DNA of 64,000 nucleotides. Origin: Geosiphon pyriformis uo1 (taxonomy: Eukaryota; Fungi; Glomeromycota). Made by a program: the position numbers and the translations under genes. The stretch's first letter is position 1. Every line of letters begins with the position of its first letter. This document shows, one piece after another, positions 1-11,992 of the stretch. The notes beneath the pieces were generated by a model. That model ran no database searches. It had not been told where the DNA came from and saw nothing but the letters and a program-made list of their open reading frames with translations. Location: positions 1,031,866-1,095,865 of the forward strand of contig JAAOMT010000129.1 in assembly GCA_016748015.1 (NCBI GenBank), given 5' to 3'.

Positions 1-223
1 ATTTTGATCTACTTTTCGACTCATATAAATTTCGAGGATGGTGGGTGGGTTTAAAGCAGTTGGTTTAATTTTACGCATTATTTGAAACTTTGTATTTCTT
101 GATAGTAGATTAGAATTGATAAAATTATTTCAAAGTCACTTTTTAAAGAAGATGATAATAATCCAATTTTCAAATTTTTACCTTGAAAATTGTAAAAAAA
201 CAAAAAGAAAAAATAATTTTTCG

Positions 224-1639
224 ATGCGATATTTGGTAATCTTAATTATTTCTTTGATCCTATTATTATCATATTCGACTTTGATCAATGCAACACCTTT
301 ACACAGAAAACGACAAGATTTCAATATGACATCAGAGGACTTTTTTTTAAATTCGAATAATTTAAATATTGACCTAGAGGAACAATCACTCTTAATGGAA
401 CCAGAACCAATTACACAATTCGCTTACACATCAATAGATAATGAGAAAATCAACACAGATTTTGATATAAATCCCATTGATAAAGAACCAATGGATCATC
501 TCGTCGCCAAATGGAGCCCTTTAAATGGAGTTTGGAGTGGAGAACAACAAATTAAAGAAACTCCAAGTAGAAAGCAAATTACCTCAAATAGTTTTATCAC
601 GAAGCTGAAGCACTATGTATTTTTAGCAAATGAAGCGAATTGTGGAACTTTTGGAGATTGGGCATTTTCTCCAGAAGTTCGAGGTATGTTTTTTTCTCCA
701 CAAATCCTGATATATTTTTTTGATTAATTTAAAGAAGAAATCTTTTTGGCGAAAAATTTTAATCAGACTGATCTATTTTCTCTATGGAAATTCTAGGTTT
801 CATTTTAATAATTGAATCAACCTCACAAATTATCATTGGGTTGCGCAGACATAAACCTCTTATGGGAGTTGAAGATTGGCCATGGAAGAATAACCCAATG
901 GAATCTATAGGAAAAAATAGTCCAGGAGATGTATTAGTTCATGCAGAAATTTTCAAATTGTATTCAATGGCAAAATCTCGTCTTTTGAGTAATGTGAAGG
1001 AAATGGTGGCAATTTCAAAGCATAGGAACTTTGAAATTGTGTTGATTGGAGAAGGTATTGGTGGTGGTATGTTTTAAAAATTATCCTACATTAAAACAAT
1101 GAATTTTGATTAAACTAAGCATTATTAAAATAAATTCTTTCTATTTAAAATATTCAGCGTATGCAAGTCTCGCTGCGCTTGATATACATAAAATCGCACC
1201 TGCAAATCCAATCAAAGTATTCACATTCGGTCAACCACGACTCGGAAATCTCGCATTTGCAAAATATATAAACAGTTTCAGCCCAGCTTTACGAGTTTAT
1301 CGTGTCACACATTACAAAGATAACGTACCATTAATACCAACGTCTGATGAAGGGTATCATCATTGTGATCAAGAGATTTGGATTACTGGCACCAATTCCC
1401 GAAATCCATTGGCCTTTCAGTGCATATCAATTAATGATGTCGAGAATCAGGTATGTAATAAATGAATATTTAATATTTGCGTTAAAAAACCTCTTTTTAA
1501 CTCCTCATTTTTTTGATATTTTGCATAGGAGTGTATCAATTCTAAACGAATTAATAATGCCGATCATTCATTGCATTACACATCATACTTCAATACTAAA
1601 TTTGGGAGTTGTGCATTTACACAACACGAGAAAAGCTAA
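224..1639 (+). CDS. Secreted class-3 lipase-fold protein A, nucleophile Ser replaced by Gly (pseudo-lipase)
   Basis: Exons 224-683, 797-1066, 1158-1450, 1529-1639, all GT-AG, spliced frame open. Signal-peptide-like MRYLVILIISLILLLSYSTLINA followed by a Kex2-like KR. Lipase_3 motifs: IGEGIGGAYASLAAL (for GHSLGGA), TFGQPRLGN, RVTHYKDNVP, C-terminal HYTSYF. Confidence 0.88.
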
Positions 1640-1899
1640 CACAAATTTTCTCTGTTAAAATAAAATTCTGATTTGTTAAACCTATATCTACATCTTTTTA
1701 ATTTTCAATTGAAATATTTCTGTTCCCTATTAAACATATTGGTTTTTATTATAGAATCCAAAATAACATGTTAGGAAAATTTTAGATTTTTAAATTATGG
1801 TTTGAGCAGAAGTTTCGAAAGAACACTTTAGAATTCAGAAATTTAATTTAAATATACTTTTAATTTAAGAATAATAAGAAAATAGGTTTTCAAATTATT

Positions 1900-4850
1900 T
1901 ATTAATCAAATATAAAATACATTTATATATTACTATTTAATATTTTTAGACCTGGAAATTTTACAATATATACACGTATTAGTTTTTAATGCAGAAAAAT
2001 TTTTTATTTCAACTAATTTTTTAATATACATGTAAATAAAGTATTATTAAAAATTTTTAATATAGTTGTTTTATTTTTATTTTTAATAAGGTTTTAATGT
2101 AGTTTAAAAAAATATCAATTGCAATTTAAGAATCTAAAAAAATGCAATTTGTATTAAAAAAAACTACAATGTTCAATTCAAACAAAAATAAACAAATTTG
2201 TATTTTGTAAATTCAAAACAAAAATGATTTATATTTTGAAAGTATTTATTAAAAAAAATTAAAGAGCATATCTCTTTCAATATTATTATCAAGTTCAAAA
2301 AACATAATATGGATACTTATAAAAATAATTAATAATAATACAAAATTATTGAAAATATTATAAAATTTAATATTTTCGTTATTATTATTATTATTATTAT
2401 TATTTGCAATCGGGTGGCTGGTCACATGTAGCTAAAGCGGTTATTCACTCCTTGTTTATAGTGATTATTCATTGTATGATGGTTGGGCCACACTTCGTTA
2501 AAGCATAATAATAAAAAATATTTGCAATAATTCAAAGTGTAATTGAATGCAATAATTAGATTATGTATACACCAAAAAACCAAGTATTTTGAATTAAAAT
2601 TTTAAAATTATACTAAAATTAATTGAAATTCAAGTAAATTTCACCAAAATTAAAATATAATTATTCAAAAATTACATAAAAATTTTTTATTTTTCAAAAA
2701 AAATAATGCTTAAAAATAAATATACTTATATAAAACAAATAGATTTGTTCAAATTATAATTAAGAAAAAATAAGAAATTGATTAAGTATTAATTTTAATA
2801 AAATTAATAAATAATTTAACATTTAAATCATTCTCAAGTTTAGACTTAATTATTAAAAAATTCTATTTTTGTAAAATAAAATAAAGTAATATTAGCAATT
2901 AGAAAAGTTTTAAAAACTGTTTAATTAACAGAACTTTTAAAAATCAAAAAAAAATTATTAGCAACAATTAAACTTGTAATAGTTTATTTTAAAATTTTAT
3001 CAAAAACTATTTAAAATACAAATAACATTATACTCTTTTAAAACAGACAAATTATTAGTAACATTAAAAAAAATTTCAATTATTTATACCGAAATTGTAT
3101 TTTTGAAATTAAAAAAAAATTAATAGTTCATACAAGTAAAATTGTTTTTAAAATAATAAACAACATATTATAAAATTTTGAAATAAGTAAAAACAATTTT
3201 TAATTACATTTTATATTTTTGTTCTAATTATTGTAAATTTGATTTTGGGATTTAAAATTTTAAAAAAATAAAAACTAAATGAGCAAATAAAATTGTGTTT
3301 ATATTATTTTTGTTATATCGTACTAAATTATCATTTTTTAATATTAAATAATTTTACAGACAAAAATAATTGAAAACACAAAATGAATTATTTATTTAAA
3401 ACCGTATTTAACAAAATTAAAAAATATATAATTATTAAATAAATTAATATTATAGTTCATTTTACACATAATTTTAATAATAACAAATTATTATTTTTGT
3501 TGCTTAAATAAATGTAGTTTTATCATTAATATAATATATATGTTTAAATAAATGTGATTTTGCATGTTTTTATATATATTATTGGCTATTTCAACATATA
3601 AAGATTATATTACATTAAAATACCAGTATTTATTATTATATAAATAATATATTCTGTAGTTTTATAAGCTTTAATACCATTTAACAAATTCTAAATATAT
3701 ATTTTTTGTTCATATTAGTAAACAAAAGTTTTATCAAGATGTTCAAAACTTTTAATTGTTTTTTAAGCTAACATATTCAATAAAAAACCTGTAAAAAAAT
3801 TACCAATATTATAAAACAGCTTTTAAAAAATAATCAGAAATTTAAAACTAAATTTTAAAGTAAACAGTAAATATTGTTACAAATTAGCAAAATTTATTTT
3901 TGATAATAACAATTTACTAAATAATGTAAAAGCATTCTTAATATTATTAAGAAATATATTAAAAAAAAACATTATAAAATACAATATTAACAAAGAAAAA
4001 AACTGATTTTAAATGTAATAATAAAAATTAATTCAATAAGCTTAATTTTGGCAATATTCAAAAATTTCTTAAAATGCAAAGTCAACAAAACAAAAAAACA
4101 TTTAAAAAGAGTTTTTATATATTGAATTTGATTTTAAATAAAACACTAAAACAAAAGCTAATTATTTAAAAATTTTTAACAGCTGGTAATAATAATTAAA
4201 ACTATTTCTTTAGAAAAAAACTTCTAGTTAAAAAGAAAAATAGTGCTTTTAAAATAATCAAAAGTTGGTTTAAATTAATAATATTTAAGCAAAATGCCTT
4301 TATAATATTTTGTTTAATTGTTTTTATTATTAAAAAACCTTTTTTGGTTGATGTTTCCTAATTATATTAACAAAAAATAGGGTTGTTTTTTTTGCACTAG
4401 TTATAACCATAAAATCTAAAAAACTAAAAGACAAAGAGATTTTTTTATTTGTCAAAATTTTAAAATTAAAATTATAAAATTTACAATATTTATTAAAATT
4501 ATCTCATATTATTTAAAATAATAATAACATTGAACAATCAAAATAACAGAGTTTATATTTATAATTACTTCACATTACATCAAATTAAATTAAATCAAAT
4601 TATTTTTATTATATTAACATAATAAATTTTTTTAAAAGAATTGATATTAATACTTAAGCAATATATATTATTTTCTTAATTTTTATAATTTTTGAATTGA
4701 CTAACTCTTAACTTATTTTAAATAATAAAATTTATCATGAATATGTTTATATATTTTTATAATTATTGATTCTATACATTTAATTAATATTTTGTTATAA
4801 TAAGACTTTGAAGAATTATTCTGTTGTATAAACTTATTGCACCGAGCCAA
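1900..4850. other. Extremely AT-rich, CpG-depleted block, probable mutationally eroded transposon relic
   Basis: No ORF of 60 aa or more in about 3 kb and very few CG dinucleotides. (TTA)n tracts near 2380-2403 and 4855-4868. No recognisable TE motif. Confidence 0.4.
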
Positions 4851-4920
4851 ATTATATTATTATTATTACAATACTTTTAGCGAAATAATTGAAACCAAAT
4901 AACTTCGAATGATCATTAAA

Positions 4921-6559
4921 TTATTGCTTTTTATCAACCGCAATTTCACTTTCAAATCGGCATTTTCCCATTGTGATTCCAAAATATGGACCAGTGTGTT
5001 GTGAATGATCTTTTTGTAAATCTCGTGGAGTATTTACACATTCCTTTCAGAATTGGGCAAAACAAAGAAAAAATTAGTAATTGTAAATGATATTTCCAAG
5101 AGTCCTTGAGAACACAACCCCCAAATTATCAAAGCCTTACATGATTCTCGCCTCCATCTATACCAGGACAATCAAATATCCAATTAGGCAATTTGCTTAT
5201 CCATATTTCGCCTCCGGTATGTATGTATCCTTGGGAATTTGGAGGAAATGATGGGACGCTATCTTTATAATTGGTGATTCGATTAATTTGTAACGTATGA
5301 TTAAAACTGTCAACGTAGTTCGCAAATACAGCGTTTCCAATTCTTGGTTGACCGAATGTGTATACTTGTATTTTTTGCAATTCAGGGAATTTTTTTTGGA
5401 TATCGAGAGCTGCTAGAGTTGCATAGGCTGCAGGTTTGGTATAGTAAAATAGTTAAATTCATGATCTTGAAAAAAAACTGAATTAAAGACATTTTAAAGG
5501 CTAATAACCTACCACCACCTAACCCATCACCAATCAAAATAACTTCAAAGCCGTGATGTTCAGGTCTTTGTAATATGTCTTGAGCAATCTTCAATATTTC
5601 AGCTTGTGCCGTCAAATAATTTTGATATATTCCACCGTGTATCATGAGACCTTTCGGCATTGACCCTTTAGTCGATACCAATTTATTGTCGTTGAATGGC
5701 CAATCTTTAAGGGTTAATAATTGTTTTGCACTACGAAAACTAAAGTATATTTGCTTTTTGGACTCAAGCACCAAAACAAAGCCTATAATTTTGGAAAGAA
5801 TAAGATGAGGAAGGAGGGTTATGAGTTTAAATTAAAAAACAATAAAAATTTAATTTATTTCTCATAAACAAGGTTTTTACCTCGAATTTTATCTGAAAAT
5901 GCCATATCACCATAGGTACCACAATAAGCTTCATTAGCGAAGAATGCATACTCTTGTAACCTTAAAAAAAATTCATTAGATGTTATTCGTTTTCTGTATT
6001 TTGTTTCCTGTACTTGTGGGTTCCCGTTAAATAAACCATTGAATAATGAAGAAGCTAGTCGTGAATCTTGTTCAGCTTCAAAAGTCTCATCTGTTGTACT
6101 ATGTTTCATTTCGTTGTCACCGTGAAGGAAATCTGTGTCTTGACTTAAAACGAATGGGTTGGAAGCAGGTTCGTTGAGTTGGTTTAGGTTGGAGGAAAGT
6201 GATATAGTATTCAATTCATCAGTTGGGCTTTCGTTTATCATCGATATGGACTGCTGAATCAATTGTTCGTTCAATTGATCCTGATGAATTGAATCATTAT
6301 CTATTAAAGAAACTTGATCTGATTGGGCAGGAAACGTTTGTTCAACAGGTAATGACACCGAGGGAATACTGAGAGGGACTGAATTGAAGTCGTCTCTCGA
6401 ATTTTTATCGAAATAATTTTCTTCAAAGTTAGTGGTGATTAATTCGGTATTATTTAAACCTTGATTGTGATAATACAGTGGTTTAGCATGTACGAAAAGT
6501 GAATTCAACAGGAATGATAAAGTGAAGGTGACGAATGTAAAATTGTGTCGTAGTAACAT
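4921..6559 (-). CDS. Secreted class-3 lipase-fold protein B (GDGLGG; Ser->Gly)
   Basis: Exons 6559-5881, 5782-5513, 5427-5141, 5043-4921; same three intron positions as gene A. Hydrophobic N-terminus and long acidic Ser/Asn/Gln-rich pro-region. Motifs IGDGLGGAYATLAAL, TFGQPRIGN, RITNYKDSVP, HTGPYFG. Confidence 0.88.
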
Positions 6560-7150
6560 TTTTAGTGGTGAATTATTTCTTTTCTTATTTAATTTCGTAT
6601 AGTATTTTTAGTATTCGTTGCACTATTAATCACTAAAACTGAATTGCAGAATTTTAGAAAGAAAATTCAAAGAATTTAAATAGTATTACGAGGGGAAATA
6701 TTTCATCATTTAAATCATTACCTTTGAAATATTCTCACTCAAAGTTTAATCTTTTAGGACCTAACGATAAGCCAAAAAAAGAAGTTAGAGTAAAAATATT
6801 GCCAAGCAAAAGTTTTATCCACTACTCAATTACATCAATAATAACCAAAATAAAACAATTCGCGAGGATGTATTTATTTTATTAGTAATTTATTACTGAA
6901 CTCGAAAATCTTCCAGAAAAGATTGATATTAAGATTTTCTCAGATTCAAACTTTCGTGGGAACTAGATATATAAGTGAATATATTTATCTACGTGTTTGT
7001 ACTATATACATTCAAGAAATCCGCGTGTCGTGAGAATCTACCTTAGCGAATCGTCATCAAGTTCCCAAACTAACGGCCACACAGACATCTTTTTCGTTTT
7101 GGTTTTAACACATGGAATCAAAAATCTTATCTATTGTTTTTATTTGGTAG

Positions 7151-7435
7151 GAGAGCCCAAATATGATGATGATTATGATTATGATGATGATGATGATGAT
7201 GAACAAATTCCCACGTACCATTGGGTAGTTAAAAATGCGTTTGAACCGAATCTTTTGGAATGGATCCTGATTGACGAGATTCAAATATCTCGCCATTTAA
7301 GAATTATATGTGGCCAAGAGTGAAAATAAAATAAATTCGTTAAAATGAGAAATATTTTTTAACGTAGTTTTATTTTCGTTATTATTTAGATAAAATTTTT
7401 TTTTCACATTCAGTGTATCGTGGCCCGATTTGGAA
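7151..7435 (+). pseudogene. Possible N-terminal fragment of a protein-kinase gene (Glomeromycotina-type expanded family)
   Basis: After an acceptor-like ttggtag the frame reads KNAFEPNLLEWILIDEI, resembling the LEWIP motif preceding these kinases. A VYRG..IW-like remnant lies near 7414. No catalytic motifs. Confidence 0.3.
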
Positions 7436-8363
7436 ATCAAAATTTAAAAACAAGGTTCTTATTAAGTAAATGTTAGCTGTTAATTACATATTACCAAATT
7501 AAGGCTAAAAATCTAACTCTTTTGGGATTGAATTTTCCCACAGCTCATTTTTATTCGCATACACATATTCCATAAATGTTCGATCGGGTTTAAGTTAGGG
7601 AGATTGAGATGGCCAATCGAGTAATCCAATCTCATTTTCGCGAACCAAATTTTCGAATCATTATCTTGGGTGAAAAAGAATTTTTTCTTTATTAAGTATT
7701 GTCTCCAAAAAGCGAGCCTAATAGATTTTTATTCTATATATCAACTTAGTCATCTGCATAATTAATTACATTAAATAAATTTTTATTATTTGAGCGAATT
7801 TATTTTATTTACTCTTGGCCACATATAATTCTTCAGATAGCGAGATATTCGAATTTCGTTATTTTTTTTCTGTGTTTAATTTCTTCTGTGAGCAACTGTA
7901 ATTATTATGACTTGGAGTTTTTAACCTAAAGTCTAGCTTGTCTAATTTGAAATTATATTTTTACTTTGAGAATAAATTTTTTTATCCGAATCTTTAAATA
8001 TTTTTGCTAATTAAGAATATATAACATGGATTATCATTTCCAATCTATTATTTTTCTTCAAAAAAAAGGGGTTTTATCCATTTTCAATTTAATCACAAAT
8101 AGTTTTTCGATGGATTGGTTGGTTGGTAACTACAAGGGAAATAACCTTACCATTAAATTCTTATTTGCAGAAAAGTATTTGAAAATTGATATTATGAAAT
8201 TACAAGAATTAATTCATTAAAATTTTTATACAAAAATCTTCTTTTATCTTGAAAGAATTTATTATAATATTATCTACAAAAATTACGCATTTGCACTTGA
8301 ACTTTACTTCCACACTTTAGCTTAATAATAAAAATTAATTATTTCGCATGCTACCTAATATGA

Positions 8364-10847
8364 TCAGTATCTATCAGATAGATTATCAGATGGATCATAA
8401 AATGGATTATTATTGTTATTAGATGACCTGTTAAAGTCTGATGGCCATGGTTGTGGTTGTTCCCGTCTTGATGGTTTCGGTAGCAATGGAGGTGGAGCTC
8501 GAGTGAGAATGTGCTGATCAATGCTATTCCTTTGCAATTCAGTATTAGTTGTAGGTAAGGTTTTGGTTGGTTTCGGTGGTAAGGGAGGCTTTTCTCTGGA
8601 TTTTAGAAATAGCTCTGGCATTTCTTGAGTTTGTCTGGTCGAAGTTTGTGGTTTAATATTGGATTTTCGCTTGATAAATGACTCGATTCGGGGTTTCATG
8701 CTTTTCACATTTGATAAAACGTTACATTGTGATGGGTTGTGAGAAGCAATCATTGATGATTTTTCTTCGTCAATTGATTTCATAGCCAGTGTCGAATTGT
8801 ATGGATTTACCAAAAAATCGTTAGATTCTTTTGTCAATTTATGATCATCACCATTATTTTTCCTTTCTTGATAAATGAACCATATAACGCGAATGATTCC
8901 CATCAGAACAAGAATCCACCAACCGGCAATCAAAACCCAAAATAATGGCAGCTCAGAACGTAATCCATTTTCATATTGATCAAAAAGTCGACCAATTTCA
9001 CCACCCGTAGAACCGGCATCTTTCGAACCGATGAGTTTATCTGTTATCTCACCTACTACTTCATTCATGGTCGAATTATCAACCATCAAGATGTTATCAT
9101 TAACACGAGGTAATTCAATATGGGCGTTGTCTTTGATAAATTTCAAACCAGTCTGAATTCCACGAATTTTCACTAATAATAAACAGTTTACTAATTGATT
9201 CGCTACGTTCATGAATACTGGAGCTTGCTGAAAAGTGTTTTTCACAAATTTGGTGATTTCATCCACGGCAGAGTTAAGAGTTGAATTAAGGGTGGTTGTT
9301 GTTATATTTACCCAACCTAAAAATTCTTGATTTATCTCATTCTCAACATTTGAAACTGCTTTATTAACATCTCTTGAAAAACCCCTTGAAGTTGAGCCCA
9401 TATTAGAATTGATCCTATTCAGTACGGAATTTCCAAAAGCGTTAAAAGTTTCTTCAATCGGTTTTCGATAATTGTGGCGAATTATTTTAATCATAGCAAT
9501 TTGAAAGTATACACCCAAGATCCCAATAACGCCGATTAGTAAGCATATGAGAGCAGCTTTTTGAAGAATGAAATCCAAAAACCAACGATATAAATATTGA
9601 TGTTGGACATTATTAAAAAATTTCGAGGTTTTAATGAGCCAGCGGGATATTAATGGATGTTCAGCAATCTTGATAAGTTCAATAGTTGATTGACGAGTAA
9701 AAGTGACCGTGACTAGACGAATTGTAGTGGTTACTCGATCAACATGAATGATGAATCGACGATGAGAATACCAAATTGAAGCTGCATTTGCCACAATTAG
9801 AAGAATTCCAATTATGAATAATATGGCGAGACCAATATATGCAGCTTTGGTAAGATCACGAGCAATGTCATCAATTATATCAAGTTTCAAGTTTTCAGCA
9901 CAAAATACAACTTTATTTCGGCCTGGAACCGGTAAAACTGATTCTTTGAATTGTATTTTAGAAAGGGTATCCTTGATTACTTGTTGAAGTTTATCAAATG
10001 GAATTGAGATAAGATCGTCAAGTTTTGATTCAATATCGTTCATTGTTGGCATGGTATTGTTTAGGTTTTGAAGATCTTGACCAAGATTGTCTGGAAATTT
10101 GAAATTCGCTAGATCCTCCGTGGCAGATATTGATATTGGGGGGAATTTAAAAGCATTACTTCCTAATAATGATCCAGCGGATCCGATAGCTTTTCTTGCA
10201 GACTCTAGGCCAGCATTAGCGGTGGAAACTTGATCATCAATCTCAGTTTTGATAAAGTTCAACTTATCAGAGGTAAATTTCGATAAAGTGTTCACGACAT
10301 CGGCAACCGCACCTATTGACCCACGAATGGCAAATTCCAGCAAACAACGATAGGTCCTTCGAAAATGATGTATCATCCAAATTGTGACTCCTTTTAATGC
10401 AACAAAAGCTAAATCTAATGTTTGAGCAGCAGCACGGATCGTGAATTGAACGTTTTCAACGGTTGCTCGATTAAATCCACCAGCCATAAAGTGAGGAAAT
10501 GAAGTCATAGTCGATGTAGCAAGTTCCAGTGAATTGCATGATCGGATTGCAACTTGTTTGATATCGTCAACAATTGGTGGTATGGATCTCATGGCGGCTA
10601 AAAGACGAAAGGCAACAAAAAGTAGCGCAATTATTGGATATGTCAACCAGGCAGTCGCAAGTTTAGCACGTAAACCAATATATGGTTGAATTTCGTTATC
10701 TTCCATAGGAGATATTGGAATTTTATTCGAAACTTTTTTATAAAAATCAAAACGAAGTTAGAAAGAATTTATCATGATTGGGGAATTGAGTCAAAGTTTC
10801 CATATTTTACCTGAATTTTTGTCATTATACGTTGTTGATGATTTCAT
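8364..10847 (-). CDS. PRM1: Plasma-membrane fusion protein Prm1
   Basis: 780-aa ORF 10706-8364 beginning PYIGLRAKLATAWL (Prm1-type PYLGLRARLSQ-W), with several TM segments, conserved Cys and a Pro-rich tail. A probable extra 5' exon (ATG 10847 to 10811) joins in phase via intron 10810-10733 (gtaaaa...ctaac...aag). True start uncertain. Confidence 0.9.
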
Positions 10848-11949
10848 GGGAGAGACAATAGAGGGATTTCGTTCTCGTTGAAAACTTGAGAGATTTGGTA
10901 AAGTAAAGGCAGACGACGTGGCTCCAGGCGACGTGACTGTAGGGATCGTATCAAGAGGTGATGATGATGGTGATAATGATGAAGATGAAGAATTTCTCTG
11001 AGGGATTATATTAAATAAAGATAAAATTAATAATTTTTGTTTTCGACACGATCCCCAAGCCTTGCTTAAAAGGGAGTAGCGGTAAGAAAAACGAAGAAAA
11101 GAAGTGGGGAACAAGAGAAAGTTCGATAATTATATTGAGAACAAAAACATGATGACTAAATTGGTTGCAGATGGACAAAAAGGAAACAATGAAATCATGA
11201 TGAAACGTTAACGGAAAGTGGGTGTTTTTTACTCTGTTTGTTTAACAAAGAATCAACATCAACATCAAAATCAAAATAGAACAATACTAAATTTAATAGC
11301 ATATATAATATTATGTAGAATACGAAACGATCGTCATCGGGCATGAGTTCTTATCTCAAAAAAATGCGAGTTTGAAAATAAAACGTCTTTTTTTCAAGTT
11401 TTTTTTTTTTTGGGCATAATGACAAAAAAATAATAAAAATTTCTCACATGGGAATTAATTGTTAACAGCGATAATTATGGTAATAAAATTTTTAAATTAA
11501 ATTTTGCGAGAAAATTTTTAGGGACATTAAGTTCATGGTGTTTTTGTAGATTTTTGAAAAAACAATTTTTTTGTTTAATATAAATCAAGGGTAAAAATTT
11601 TTGAAAAAAAATATTTCAAAGTTAGTTTCGAGAAATATCATATCATTCGAGATAGTTAATATTTCATTTTTGTAAAATTAAATGTGGAAAATATATACAA
11701 AAAAAATTTATAGATACATTTTAAAAATTAAAAATTAAAAATTAAAATTTTTTTTTTACTTTTTTATTTTCTCAAAAATTTAAGTCATTGAAATGGTTTA
11801 ATTTAAAATTGAAACAACATTCTTTGTAAATATTTGTGAAATCGAGTTATTCTGTATCAGTGATATTCATTTATCATTACTTTTGTTGAGATTTTCTCGG
11901 AATCCAAATAATAATAAAAATAAAAAGCTTTTTCCTGATTAAAAGAAAA

Positions 11950-11992
<43 letters not shown>

